Shown here one piece after another: positions 1-12,340 of a stretch of 64,000 nt of DNA; position 1 is the first letter of the stretch, and each line of letters opens with the position of its first letter. This stretch comes from Octopus vulgaris. Taxonomy: Eukaryota. The stretch lies in the NCBI GenBank assembly GCA_951406725.2, contig OX597825.1:58342001-58406000 (forward strand), written 5' to 3'. The notes beneath the pieces are model-generated. The model made no database searches. It saw nothing but the letters and a program-made list of their open reading frames with translations, and was not told the origin of the DNA. A program made the position numbers and the translations under genes.

Positions 1-108
1 AACGATATTGTAGGGTTGGTGTGAGAGACCAGATCTGGCCAGTTTGAACATAAAACAGGCAGAATTACTTTTGGCTGGATATGGCCGGTTTAAATGCTAA
101 AGGGTTAA
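1..108. mobile_element. piggyBac-like MITE, right end (family P1)
   Basis: Ends in AATGCTAAAGGG-TTAA; the body matches the copies at 2744, 6072 and 14193. Confidence 0.7.
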
Positions 109-360
109 TAAAGAAAAGAAAATGTCACTGGCAGATTCTGAAAATTTACCAAAAATATAAAAATCCCAAAATTGTTATTTTTTTATATAGGCATAATAAA
201 ATGTTTGATTGTGGAAGATGGATTTGAAAATCTATGCATTAAGGAATGTGTTTGGATGTTAGCTAGGGTAGGCTTCATGCCCTTTGACTAGGATGGTCTT
301 CTCTGCTATTGAAACCATATCCTTCCAACCCATTGCTACATATTCATGTGCACGAGATAT

Positions 361-403
<43 letters not shown>

Positions 404-2426
404 TGTGTGTATGTATCATTATCATCATTGTTTAACATCTACTTTCTATGCTGGCATGAGTTGGATGGTTTGACTGAGAGCTGGCAAACCAGACGGTTCC
501 AATCTGATCTGGCAAAGTTGCTACAGCTGGATGCCCTTCCTAAAGGCCAACCACTCAGCTCTCAATAATTTTGTGTTGAAGATGTAACCTCTCTCTGAAG
601 TTGTTTTAACATCTTTTAAAACAAAAAATGACTCATTGGATAGAGTAATCCCAGTACACTAACTTAAAAAGAAGAAAAAAGAGAGAGACAGAGACTGGAT
701 TGTCAGAGGGGCTTTTTTTTTTTTATCATAGACCTGTTCAGTCAGGTCTGACAGCAGCAAAATAATTACATTGTATGTTTTGAATATTCAAACGTAAATG
801 GATTATAATTTGTTGTCTGGGGAGAGTTGTTTTATGAAGTACATCTGTGCTAAAATTTGTGAAAGATTTCAAATTACTGACATCATTATCATCATCATTT
901 AATATCTGTTTTCCATAGTAGCATGTGTTGGACAATTTGACCAGAGCTGGTGAGCAGGAGAGCTGCACCAGGTTCCAGTCTAAGTTGGCTTGGTGTCTGT
1001 GTCTGGAGGCTCTTCCTAATGCCAACCACTTTAGAGAGTGTGCTGGGTGCTTTTTACATGGCACCAGCAGATGTGTTTTAACAACTGATGGAAGAAGGAT
1101 TGTAGTTGTTCAGTTCAAGGTCAGCTTTTTTTATGTAGAATTATGGCTAAAAGTATTTTAAGCATCACACTCAGGCAGAATGGTATATATTTCTATATTA
1201 TCCAATAGGTGTAGTATTTTATGACTGCCAAGTGAGATTTATGGGAGATTTGGCTGTTGTTTCTTGCACCAATTAAGTAACCCTTTTGTTACCATATTTC
1301 TGTTGAAACACACTTCCTTTGTTTCAATTGACTTTTACAATAATGAAAAATTTAGTAAAATAACTTTATCTGAATTGAGTTTGTGTTTAAATTAACAGGA
1401 AATTTTGATGTTAAGTTTTAATTTAGGTCATTTTAAAACTGGAAGTTTGCAGCATAGAACCAGAACAATCTTAGGCAGATTGATATCAGAAGTGTTTAAT
1501 TCTGCTGGTTAAAACCATTATGTCTTTTCCCTACTGATATATTCGTATCCATCCCAGCTGCTATCAAAGAAAATTTTGATCTATCTATATTAGAAATCAA
1601 TAATATACAGTATTATTTCTTATTAACGAGAACATGGTTTTTTTTCTTTTCCTTTTTTTTTTCAACATTTCCAGATGAGTTTAAATGTGATTCTCCTAAT
1701 TATAAATTAAGATGTTTCTATAATAAGAATTTCGTCTATTAACTTTCCAGCAACACAACAATGTCCAGTTGTTAAGTTACAGATTAGTTCTAATTGAGCG
1801 GCCATGACCACATCATCGTGTTATCTAAAACTATGTTGTATGTTGTGTCCTTCCTATTTTAAGACGATAGGGCAAGATTTGACTACTGTTTTAGCAGGCC
1901 AAGCAGCCTCATAAAAGCTCTCACATTATCTCTGTCCACTGGTTGCTGTTTTTTAGCTTCAGATCAGCTCTCACTAAGCTGACATATAGTCAAAGGAGTT
2001 CAAACTATGATCATCTAAGGCTACAGTGATCAGTGTGACTCCTTTTTTTTTTTTTTAACACAGTGGGATTTGAGGAAGACTTGGCATCTATTTCTAGCTT
2101 GTGGAGATTTCTTCATTGACTGTTTTAAGTTTTGATTAGTGCCCTTGCCTTTCATTCTTTCAGGGTCGAGTACTAGGATTGGTGTAATAGATTAGTCCTC
2201 TTCCCCAAAATTTCAGGCTTTGTGCCTATAATAGAAAGAAGAAAAAAATTCTTGAAAGGCAAACTCTGATTTCTATGAATTTGATAATTTAAACAAATTG
2301 TTTTCATCTTGAGGGCAACTCTGATCAGACATCCATCTAGTTGTGTCCATTGTGAATCAAAATCTCTTCAGTTTCCAAAATATCTGATTAAAGAAATGCA
2401 TACAAGTCATTGAAAACTGACAATAA

Positions 2427-2709
2427 TCTTTATATATAAAAGTAAGGTTGTGTGTCTGTCTCCTACGATTTAGATTCCTAACTACTCCCACATTTTGTGG
2501 TGCAGTTTATCTTATAGTCGTGATTCATATCGAGCCTTTCTGGGTATTAGCGCGCGTCTACGATGAGTCAACGATTTAAAAAAAAATTTACCATCATTTT
2601 TTCCCCATTTTTAATGCATTTTTTTGCTATTTTTTGGCTATAACTCTCTAAAAATGCTTATATAGTTATTTCCCTTACAAACCCGAGCAACGGCGGGCGA
2701 TACTGCTAG
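2427..2709 (+). mobile_element. Non-autonomous Helitron (family H1)
   Basis: A|TC 5' start, subterminal GC hairpin CCCG-agcaacgg-CGGG, CTAG|T 3' end, no TSD. Homologous to 21372-21880 on the - strand. Confidence 0.85.
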
Positions 2710-2743
2710 TCAGATATAAAATAGTGGTGAGGAGTGGAATTAG

Positions 2744-2969
2744 TTAATCTTTTAGCATTCAGATTATTCTGTCAATATAATACTCATTTATCCACATTGT
2801 TTTGAATTAATCCTGCATTACCTTTTAGCTTCATGATTTCAATGGTGTGTGTGTATATTTTTAGAATGACATTGCAGGTAGGTGTGACAGGTTGGATCTG
2901 GTCAGTTTTAACATAAAACTGGTAGAATATTTGGGCCGGATATGGATGGATTAAATGCTAGAAGATTAA
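2744..2969. mobile_element. piggyBac-like MITE (family P1)
   Basis: TTAA at both ends with decayed CCCTTTAGCATT terminal inverted repeats; about 225 bp. Confidence 0.7.
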
Positions 2970-3344
2970 GAAATTTGTGTGTTGTTTGTGTATGTTGTTG
3001 TCATCAACATCAGTTCAGCCTAAGTCATGAAGACATATACAGAGACATTTTATACTCTGTTCTTTCTTTTTGAAGATAGTCGAATGTAATTTTAGAGAGA
3101 TATGACTATCATATGATGATGGTTATCATCGTTTTCTCATCCACTTTTTCTTGCCTGCATGGGTTAGACTGAATTTGTTGAGGTAGATGTTCTATGATCA
3201 GATGCCCTTCCTGCTGCCAATCCCCACTGTTTCCAAGTAAGGTAATACTTCCCTGTTGGCTGGATATGTTTCTTCACAAATGATTGGAAAGTGAGAGTAG
3301 TGACCTTCATGAGGCAGTATGGTGAGTGACATTGCTGTTTACTT

Positions 3345-4082
3345 CGCAAGTTGTGAAATTTGTGTTTTTGTGATCACACGTATGCTGTAGTCTGTGATTT
3401 CATCACGGACAGGAACAAAGAGTCAATGTGAAATTTTGCATTAAACTAGGGAAGTTGAGTATGCTTCACTGAGGCAATGGGTTGTACACAATGTTTTGAA
3501 TGGCTCGGGTACTTCAAAAGCAGAAGAACATCCCTAGAAGATGATGAGTGATCTGGAAGATCTGCGTCACTCCTGGAAATGTGGAGAAAATTCATTAGCT
3601 TGTGCATGAGGATTGTTGGAGGACAATCAGTGATGTTTTGAAGTGTTTCAAGGAAGACATTCAGCAAAGTGACTGAATCTGTGAAGCGTGAAGAATTGTA
3701 TTCTTCATGACAACCAAAGCACCCTATCACTGAGCTCTCCTCACTCATGAGTCTCTCACCAAAAACATGGTGTCGCTTCTGCACCCGTCCTATTACCCAA
3801 ATTTAGCACCTGTGGATTTCCGTCTTTTCCCTAAGATGAAAATGCAGCTCAAAGGTCTCCGTTTTAACACCATTGTTAAAAGACGAAGAGCAAATTGCAG
3901 AAGTTCCTTGACTTGCTCACGGAAAATGACTTCCACGCCTGATTCCAAAAGTGGCAGGAATGCTGGGACTGGTGTATTGCTGCTATGCAAGGTGACTATT
4001 TTGAAGGAGATGATATTAAAACTTAGCTAAATAAATTTTTTTTAAGCATAACTATTCTGGTAACTTTTTGATACTACCTTGT
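3345..4082 (+). pseudogene. Internally deleted mariner transposase remnant
   Basis: N-terminal EQRVNVKFCIKLGK and FKSRRTSLEDDE*SGR; C-terminal HPSYYPNLAPVDFRLFPKMK (decayed YSPDLAP-x-D) and GDYFEGD; right TIR-like end at about 4055-4082. Stops and frameshifts present. Confidence 0.85.
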
Positions 4083-4123
4083 GTGTGTATATATATGTAT
4101 ATATATATATATATATATATAAT

Positions 4124-4218
<95 letters not shown>

Positions 4219-4219
4219 C

Positions 4220-4252
<33 letters not shown>

Positions 4253-4789
4253 CACATACATACATACATACACACACAACAAAGTAAGTTTCTCTGTTTT
4301 TATTTACCAAATCCTCTTTCAAGACTTTCATCTGCCCAGTATTGTAGTAGAAGGCATTCACTGAAGATGCCCTACAGTGGGATTGAAGTCAAAACCATGC
4401 AGTTGGGAAACAAACTTCTCAACCACACAGACACACCAGAGCTGATGTGAAGGCTTTCTTGTGAGTATATTACAAAACACACTTGAGCTAAGTTTTCTGC
4501 TTAGACAGAAGCTGAAACCTTGTTTGAACTGCATTAAATAATTTGCAGGCTGATCCTTGCCATAGTGATCAGGTACATGTGTCTGCAGAATATATAGTAG
4601 GTCAGGTGATCAATCAATTTGAACTCTGATTTGCATAAATTAGTGTGTGTGATTCATTTATTCATATTGCTGTAGATGATGTATTATTAGTGGAGAATGA
4701 GGATATTCTGTGTGTGTATGTGTGTGTGTGTATGCACACATTTGTTGTAATTTTAGCATGTTAAAATAGATATTTTCTTGAAATTCCAG

Positions 4790-4913
4790 GTGGTAACCAA
4801 AGAGACAAAGCCCGGCAGAAAAATTTGAAAAAACAAGAAGAATCTCGAAAGAAATCTACAGCTGATAAGAAAACTGGCAATAAGGGAATGACACTTGAAG
4901 AACGAAGACATAG
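4790..4913 (+). CDS. SERF: Small EDRK-rich factor (SERF/4F5 family), internal coding exon
   Basis: ttccAG acceptor ending at 4789, GTAATG donor at 4914. The 124-nt exon reads (R)GNQRDKARQKNLKKQEESRKKSTADKKTGNKGMTLEERRH(R), matching the SERF N-terminal signature RGNQR-x2-AR-x-KN-x-KK. The phase-1 start fits the 7-nt first coding exon of vertebrate SERF2. Missed by the ORF track. Confidence 0.93.
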
Positions 4914-5839
4914 GTAATGACCTTTTTTTATATATTTTTTATTTTTTAGTTTCACTTTAACTACAGCTTAGTTAACTGAAGTATTTAGTTGTAGATTCTG
5001 TTAGATTGTACAAGAAGTATATAGGGAAGTAGAGCACGGGCACTTTTATGTGGTACCACCATGAGTGCTTTACACCATCAGAAAGGTTCAGCGTCCTGAG
5101 GTTGTTATTCAGTTCTTCATCACATATATTCTTGATCATCTATCTCTACCTTTCCCTGTAGAGAATACACTTCGCTGTGTCATTTGTTAGGATCAGGTGC
5201 CTTGTATTTTCTCTATTTGCCAGTCCCATGTTGATAGATATAAGTATGTAAATCAATATAAAAAAAATACATGACCTTGCAGCACAGTCATGTAAACACA
5301 AGCGATAATCAGTGTATTATGCATAGCTGAGCATTGTGGGTATTCACTGGGGGTGCATTTTTGTGCAACCAGCAGACAACAGCGATCCCATGGCATCACT
5401 GATCAATTCATAAGCTTAGCATTGTGAACATTGTTAAGCTTATGGATTCACCTGTTATCCTGGATTAATGATGAATGAATCGTGGTAAATGATGCTATAT
5501 GAACATATTTAGACATAAGTATGACTATGTGGTTAAGATCTTTGCTTCCCAACATCGTAGTTTTGGTTTCAGTCCCACTGCATGGCACCTTGTGCATGTG
5601 TCTTCTACTATTGCCCCAAAGTCTTATTAGTGAATTTGAATGTGTCTGTACATGTGTATGTATTTTGGTATGTTTGTGTATACGGACACATAAGAAGTGC
5701 AGTGGGATCACAAGAAGGTTAACAGAAAGTGGACTTTGTCTATAGCAGTTGCACTGGAGCCATAGACACTAAAAGCCCATGGGAAATAAATTTTCTCAAA
5801 TGACCAGGAAGTTCACTAGAAATAGTTGATAGCTTGTGC

Positions 5840-6040
5840 TACTTAGGTGACCTAATTAATACTGGAGGAGGATGTTCTGAAAGCATAGTTGCTAGAACAA
5901 GGAAAGTGTGGAAGAAGTTCAGAGAAGTATTACTTCTGTTGATAACAAAAGGCCTCTCTCTCTCTCTCTCTGAGTGAAAGACACATTTGTATGTTGTTGG
6001 TGTACAGACAGTGGTGATACATGGTAGTGGAATGTGGAAA
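5840..6040 (+). mobile_element. RTE-clade LINE fragment
   Basis: Encodes GGGCSESIVARTRKVWKKFREVLLLLITKGLSL, homologous to the fragment at 9790-10310. Confidence 0.6.
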
Positions 6041-6071
6041 TTAAGATGATGTTGATGATGTCATCATTGCT

Positions 6072-6631
6072 TTAACCCTTTAGCATTCAGATTTCTCTGT
6101 CAAACGTAATACATCATTATTCACAATCTTGTCCTCATGCTCCTGTTCCTCTCTATCATTGCTATCCAGTATCCCCTCCAACTCTATACCCAAAACCTTG
6201 CTAAAACTGACCTCACCTGTGCTTGTACCCCATAAAAAGTACTAACTTCACATGTGCTTGTGCCATGTAAAAAGCACTATTCACCTCACCTGTGGTTGTG
6301 CCACATAAAATGCTGAGTGATTGGTGTTAGGAAGGGCATCCAGCTGTAAAACTCCTGCCAAAACAGTCGCAAAAGTCTGGTGCAGGCTTCGGCCTGGGCG
6401 GCTCTCATGGTACCGTCCCACCCATGCTTGGAAGACGGACGTTAAATGATGATGATGATGTTTTGAATCACTCGTGCATCATCTCTTAGCTTTGAGATTT
6501 TGATGATGTGATTGTTTATTTTTAGATTGGTGTTGTAGAGTAGGTGTGAGAGACTGGATCTAGTCAGTTTGTATATAAACAAGATAGAATATATGAACCT
6601 GATATGGCCAGTTTACATATTAAAGAGTTAA
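6072..6631. mobile_element. piggyBac-like MITE (P1) interrupted by an RTE-tail retroposon (about 6127-6460)
   Basis: TTAA-CCCTTTAGCATT left end and TAAAGAG-TTAA right end. The two halves join to match the uninterrupted copies; the insert ends in a (GAT)n tail. Confidence 0.75.
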
Positions 6632-7388
6632 AAGTTTACTTTGCCATGCTTGCATGGGTCAGATGTGTGTGTGTGTGTCGAGGCAGTTTACTATAGTCAA
6701 ATGCCTTTCCTATCACCAACCCTCATTTATTTCCAAACAAGGTAAATATCTCTCAATATGTTGGGCAAAAAATAGCCTGGACATGCTTATGTGGATGGGG
6801 ATGCACACACATTTTCTTTTAAGCTGAGGAAACGAGTATGAAGTAAATTCATGTTAAGATCTGTCTGGTTTTTGCTGTATGAATTGTATTTTCTGGAGTT
6901 TACGAAATTTAACAAAACTGATGTTAGTGCTAACAATAATTAAGTTTAAATGGTTGAACATGTTAATTAGGTTATTTCTAAATGTCTCTAGTTAGCAGCC
7001 ATTCTTAATTACAAAAGATGATCAGTCTGTTCTTTCTGAAGGCCTAGCTCTAGTAGTTTGAAGTGAGTTTAAGGTCCATAATTCTGTTAAATGACATGCT
7101 TCAGACCCTTAAAGCACTCTATAGGGATGTTGAATAGTATGGTGGTGGTAACAGAAGGAACAAACAGAGGAAATGTGTATTTGCAGTCTGGCACACAAAT
7201 GTGGCTGATGTCAGTGGCCTTCTGTAGTAGCTTTGGTACAGTTTAGGTATCAATAGCTATCTCAAACACTGATGTTAGAGCTTTGTTATGAGGTGATTAT
7301 ATATTACTAAGTTTAGGTTCCATAGTCCAATTTCATTGATATTGTGGCTTATAGGACAAGAGTAGGATTTATTTAAAACGTTTGTTTA

Positions 7389-7571
7389 GGCACAGGAGTG
7401 GCTGTGTGGTAAGTAGCTTGCTAACCAACCACATGGTTCCGGGTTCAGTCCCACTGCGTGGCATCTTGGGCAAGTGTCTTCTGCTATAGCCCCGGGCCGA
7501 CCAATGCCTTGTGAGTGGATTTGGTAGACGGAAACTGAAAGAAGCCTGTTGTATATATGTATATATATTTA

Positions 7572-7630
<59 letters not shown>

Positions 7631-7846
7631 CTGAGTTTGTCCCCCTAGCATTGCTTGACAACCGATGCTGGTGTGTTTACGTCCCCGTCACTTAGCGGTT
7701 CGGCAAAAGAGATCGATAGAATAAGTACTGGGCTTACAAAGAATAAGTCCCGGGGTCGATTTGCTCGACTAAAAGGCGGTGCTCCAGCATGGCCGCAGTC
7801 AAATGACTGAAACAAGTAAAAGAGTAAAGAGTAAAGAGTAAAAGAG
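7389..7846 (+). mobile_element. tRNA-derived SINE family S1, full length, with internal (TA)n(TG)n
   Basis: A-box-like TGGCTGTGTGG, B-box-like GGTTCAGTCCC, central CTTGGGCAAG motif, (GAGTAAAA)-type tail. More than 10 related copies in the window. Confidence 0.9.
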
Positions 7847-8223
7847 CTAAAAGATATGACTGCTTCACAACCGTGTGGTCTTCTACTATGTGGCAAAGTT
7901 TTTTCTACTATAGCCATGGGCCAACCAAAGCCTTGTGAGTGGATTTGGTAGATGGGAACTGAAAGAAGCCCATCATGTGCAAGTGTGTGTGTTTGGCAAT
8001 TTGCTGTGCTTGAGAAGACATGTCAAGCGAAGTGAAATTGTAGTCATGGCCAGTGCCAGTGATATGTAAAAGGAACCCCCTACACTTTTGGAGTGGTTTG
8101 TGTTAGGAAGGGCATCCAGTCGTAGGAACCAAGCCAAATCCGACTGGAGCCTGGTACAACTCTCTGGCTTACCAGTCCCAGTCAAACCATCTAACCCATG
8201 CCAACATAGAAAATGGATTCTAA

Positions 8224-9215
8224 GTGGTCCAAACTTTAACTAACTGTCCTGTTTTCAGCTCTAACATGGAAGCTTCAAATCTAACACAGATAATAAAAAA
8301 AAAACTTGTTCTCGTCACCTTAGTTACCAACCACAGTGATTCTGATATTGCAACCTTAAATGTGGCCAGGTCCTTCGTGTTTAAGATCAGAAATGAGCTC
8401 CTGGCATCTGGCGGGAATCTCTCTTTGGTCAGGTATTGTCAGAAAGGTCAAGTTTGTCCAGCAAGTCAGTGTGAACCATTGTCAAGCATCATGTATCGAA
8501 GTCAATGATTAGATGTGTGGTGCACAAAATCATCAGGTACAAATCCAGCATTACGGGAGTAGGACAAGTTCAGTAAGACCTGGGAGAACCGTGTGATCCA
8601 GTTGAACAAACTGAAGCACCTGAGGAACCTGACATGCCCTGGTTTTTCTCAGATGAGAACTTTGTCCAAGATGAAAAAGTGAACAGGTGGAATGACACAG
8701 TTCTGTGCCAGCCCCACTGAAGTTCCTGCTGTTTTACATGCTGAGTCCCCATTGTCTGTGATGGTCTTGGGAGTTGTGAGCAACATGGTCCATGTCATGC
8801 CTCCTCACTTTTTTTCTTGCAAGGTCAGTGCAGTAGCCTACATTGAGACAATGGAGATGGTTGGCAATACCTGGATTGAGAGAGTTGTTTGTGGGAGACC
8901 ATATGTGTGTTCTTGCAAGACTTTGCTCTCACTCTCACACAGCTTGCATGACCCAGAGTGAATGACTGAAAGTTTTTATGATCATTTTACCTCTAATATT
9001 GGCTTCCTAGTTCTTCTGATTTAAACCCCCAGACTACTTACTTTGTCTGAGGTTTTGTCGAGAGAGAGACCAACAAGTATGCCCACTATACCAAGTACTT
9101 GATGTTATCTGCTATTGGGGATGTTATGGCAAACATGAATAATGATCACCTGTTCAATGTATTTACTCATTTTGGAAGTTGTATTAAGGTTGGTGGCAGT
9201 GTTATTGAATAGCAT
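8224..9215 (+). pseudogene. Decayed Tc1/mariner-superfamily transposase (maT/DD37D-like)
   Basis: Motif remnants FFSDE-NF-x-QDEKVN, SVMVLGVVSN..HVMPPHFF, W-x-PSSSDLNP; many frameshifts. Subfamily call is from motif style, not a counted D-D spacing. Confidence 0.7.
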
Positions 9216-9603
9216 GGACCAAATGCCATGAAAATATATTGGTTTTTCTAATAAACTAAAAAGTCAGGAGGTATGAGAGGTGAATATATATTTATTTAAC
9301 CACTTGACATCCTTAGGATTATGGCTGTTTCACAGCCTTCTTCATGTAGTAATTACTTTCTGTAGTTTTTCTAATGAATATTTAATTCTCATATAGCTGA
9401 TGCAACCTTTTGGTACTATTAGATTATCTGTAAAGATAAGGTAGCAGATTGAAAGTAACAGAAAAGAAAATTATACAATAGCTAATTTCAGTAAAGATAT
9501 TGTTTAATGTAATCCTTTGCTGTCATATGTCAAGGGATAAGGAAGTGGTTTGAGTGCAGTCTGTGTGCTTGTTTATTTTTTAATTTTGTCCTCAAATTTT
9601 CTC

Positions 9604-10310
9604 ATCATTATCATCATCGTCATTTAACATCCGTTTCCCATACAGGTGGCTTCACAGGAGCTGACAAGGCTAGGGGCCACACCAGGTTCCATATTCTGTT
9701 TTGGCTTCATTTTTACGAATGGATGCCCTTCCTATTGCCAACCACTCCACAAATTGTACTGGGTGGTTTTTACATGACACCTTGGTTTTAGGATCTCAAT
9801 TCTGTTGTGGTGGGCAGGTCTTCTTGAGTACAGCATTGCAGCATATATTTTAGTCTTTTGTCATCTCCATATGGTTCAGCATTTTGAGATCGGCTTTCAA
9901 TACTTCGTCCCATAAGTTCTTGAGCTTCCCTCTTCCATGATGTCCTCTCCCCTTACTTTAAGTGATAGGTACTTCTTTATGCAACTGTTCTCATCCATCT
10001 ACACCACACGAGCAAACCAGCACAGTCTCCTCTCTTGCACACTATCTAATTCCTCTTATACCCAACTTCTCTCTCAATACGCCAACGCTCTGTCACATAT
10101 GTACAGACATTGCACATCCTGTGAACATACCAGCTTCACATGTCTTCCACATTCAAGGCCCACATCCCACAACCATACAGCGTTGCACTTTGTACACATG
10201 CTTCATACAATTGCCTCTACACTTGGAGAGAGAGAGACTTTTGGTTGCCAACAAAGGTAAAAGTTCTCTTAACTTTCTCCATCCAATTCTTATTCTAGCA
10301 ATTGCACTTA
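9604..10310 (-). mobile_element. RTE-clade LINE 3' fragment with (GAT)n-tailed 3' end
   Basis: - strand encodes ARIRIGWRKLRELLPLLATK, VQERRLCWF and a decayed GRPRKTW-like C-terminus. The 3' tail (GGAAGGGCATCC...GTTAAATGATGATG) recurs near 420, 885, 3125, 6300, 8100, 12490, 15413, 17040, 37935 and 60480. Confidence 0.8.
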
Positions 10311-10725
10311 TTTGTTGTTTAATGTCCATTTTCCATGCTGGCATGCATTGGACAGTCCACCAGGAACCAACTGTTGAACTTTGGTATAAGTTTTGATCGA
10401 AGCCTGTTGTGCATGTGTTTCTTTGTCTTCTTGCCTTCACATCACTTGATATTTGTACGTGAATGTTGCCATCATGTAAGTGGTGTAATATTTCCAGTCT
10501 TCTATGAAAACATGTCTCGTCATTGGGAAATATTATCTTACTTGGAAATAGTTGAATGTTTAATGACAGGAAGGGCACCCTCTTGTAGAAAACTACCATG
10601 ACAAATTATGTCTGGCCCATGGAAATGTGACTGTTAAAATGAGAATGTTGAAGATGTATGTTTTTGATTGCTGAATTTATTGGTTGTTTCTAATATTTTA
10701 CTTTTTATTATTTTCCTGATTTTAG

Positions 10726-10804
10726 AGATGCTGACATAATGCGTAAAAAACAAGAGAAGAATAAAGGCACGGACCCAGCTGGATCTGCAGTTGCTGAAAA
10801 ATAG
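10726..10804 (+). CDS. SERF: SERF family gene, last coding exon
   Basis: Pyrimidine-rich acceptor ending ttttAG at 10725. The phase-2 junction AG|A completes Arg and the exon reads (R)DADIMRKKQEKNKGTDPAGSAVAEK* (TAG 10802-10804), matching the SERF RDA-x-IM-x2-KQ motif in frame with exon 4790-4913. Confidence 0.93.
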
Positions 10805-11196
10805 GGGATTTTGTCCTGAGCTATATTTAATGTGGCTCCCCTTTGCTCTCTGTCACCTTTTCCCAAAGCAGCTCTAAGGTAGTTTCTTAGGAAAATGGCT
10901 ATAATCCACCCCCCTCTCTTTCTCTGTCCCTTCAAGATAAAAAAAAATACCGTTTTTTTTTCTTCTACGTGAATCTGTAAATGTTATTTTGTTTTAAGTT
11001 TTCAATGTACAAACCTCTTTTTTTTTCTATTTCAAGTAACATAATGCCCTGTAAATTAACTGGTACTATCTCCTCTGTACAGTGGTTTAGCACTGTTAAA
11101 TAACCTAATTGTCGTCAGACAGCCTAACTCATGCCATTTATGTACATAAAAAAAACATCTTCAAACTTTTTAATCTGACCAGATGATCATCAGTTG

Positions 11197-11302
11197 AATA
11201 AAGTAAGTTCTCTTTGCAAAATACGACTGAACCTTCCTAACCAGAAATTTTTTATTTCTTTCCTTCCTAAATATTTCTTCTTGTCTCCTTTAAAATAATA
11301 AA
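11197..11302 (+). promoter_or_regulatory. Candidate polyadenylation signals of the SERF gene
   Basis: AATAAA at 11197-11202 and 11297-11302, about 400-500 nt after the stop, in repeat-free U-rich sequence. Usage not demonstrable from sequence. Confidence 0.4.
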
Positions 11303-11565
11303 AAAAAAAGGTGTGCAGATGAAACTATTTGCTGTTTTTCCTGTCTTCATTCTCAGACACCCAGTTTTGAATGCTTTTTTTTATCTTGACTTGTGTAATT
11401 CTTTACAATTGCATGGAATCTTGATAAAAGAACGTTGCTGTTTTACAATATCATAAGCAGCAATGTGCAAAAAAAACAAAAAAAAAACTGATAATGAAAA
11501 TTAAGATTGGAAATGGAGTGTATGTGTGTACATCTATGTGTGTGTATGTGTGTGCCATCTCCTTT

Positions 11566-12010
11566 ACAGGGTAACTGTAAAGTCTGAATATATAGGTGAA
11601 AATGCATATTTCAATAATTTTATTCAACTACATTAATGAGTAACATTTTCAACATGGTTTCTTTCCACCATTAGTAAAGCAAAGCTTGATGCATTTTGCA
11701 AGATTCATTTGGAACTTGATGCAGTAACTCCACATTTCTTTAAATTTGTGCACATTCACGATGCATTCATTCAGTCAATTCAGACGTTATGGTCACCTTG
11801 TACAACAGCTAGTTTTAAGCCACCTACAGATTTGTAGAAAGAATAGAAATACTATTATTTCTACAAGAAAATGATTTTCGTTTTAAAATAATGGTTTGAG
11901 AAAGTTTCATTTTCAAATCTTTCATTCGTCATGTTTGTAATTTATGAAAGATAATGCTTATATATAATGATTAGAATTTGTGGATGTACCCGACTTTTAA
12001 ACATTTTGTA
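11566..12010. mobile_element. Decayed Tc1/mariner-type non-autonomous element
   Basis: TACAGGG start, imperfect inverted end (tgtacccgactttt...tgTA), and a transposase C-terminal-like HVEN remnant on the - strand. Confidence 0.45.
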
Positions 12011-12117
12011 ATAGTTCATTGAAAAGGTTCACCTGGAGTAATATTTTTTATATTGGACATAGTATTTTAGCTACGTAGCTCCTCTACAGAAAGAAACCTG
12101 TTCTGTTTTGTCCCTTT

Positions 12118-12340
12118 CTTATTTCTTTACTGCCCACAAGGGACTAAACACAGAGGGGACAGACAAACGGATTAAGTCGATTATATCAACCCCAGTGCGT
12201 AACTGGTACTTATTTAATCGACCCTGAAAGGATGAAAAGCTGTCGACCTCGGTGGAATTTGAACTCAGAATGTGGCGGCAGACGAAATACCGCTAAGTAT
12301 TTCGCCCGGCGTGCTAACGTTTCTGCCAGCTCGCTGCCCT
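12118..12340 (-). mobile_element. tRNA-derived SINE family S2
   Basis: Head GGCAGCGAGCTGGCAGAAACGTTAGC, B-box GAGTTCAAATTCC. Related copies at 19265, 19501-20110, 27853, 30745-31137 and 50952. Confidence 0.85.

Noticed and set aside
4042-4450. ORFs rich in YI/CV/TH/MYVC repeats here and throughout (for example 26081-26502, 27518-27929, 45621-45967, 48740-49515, 62197-63146)
   Set aside because: They are translations of (TA)n, (CA)n, (TACA)n and (TATC)n microsatellites that lack stops in some frames; there is no coding evidence.
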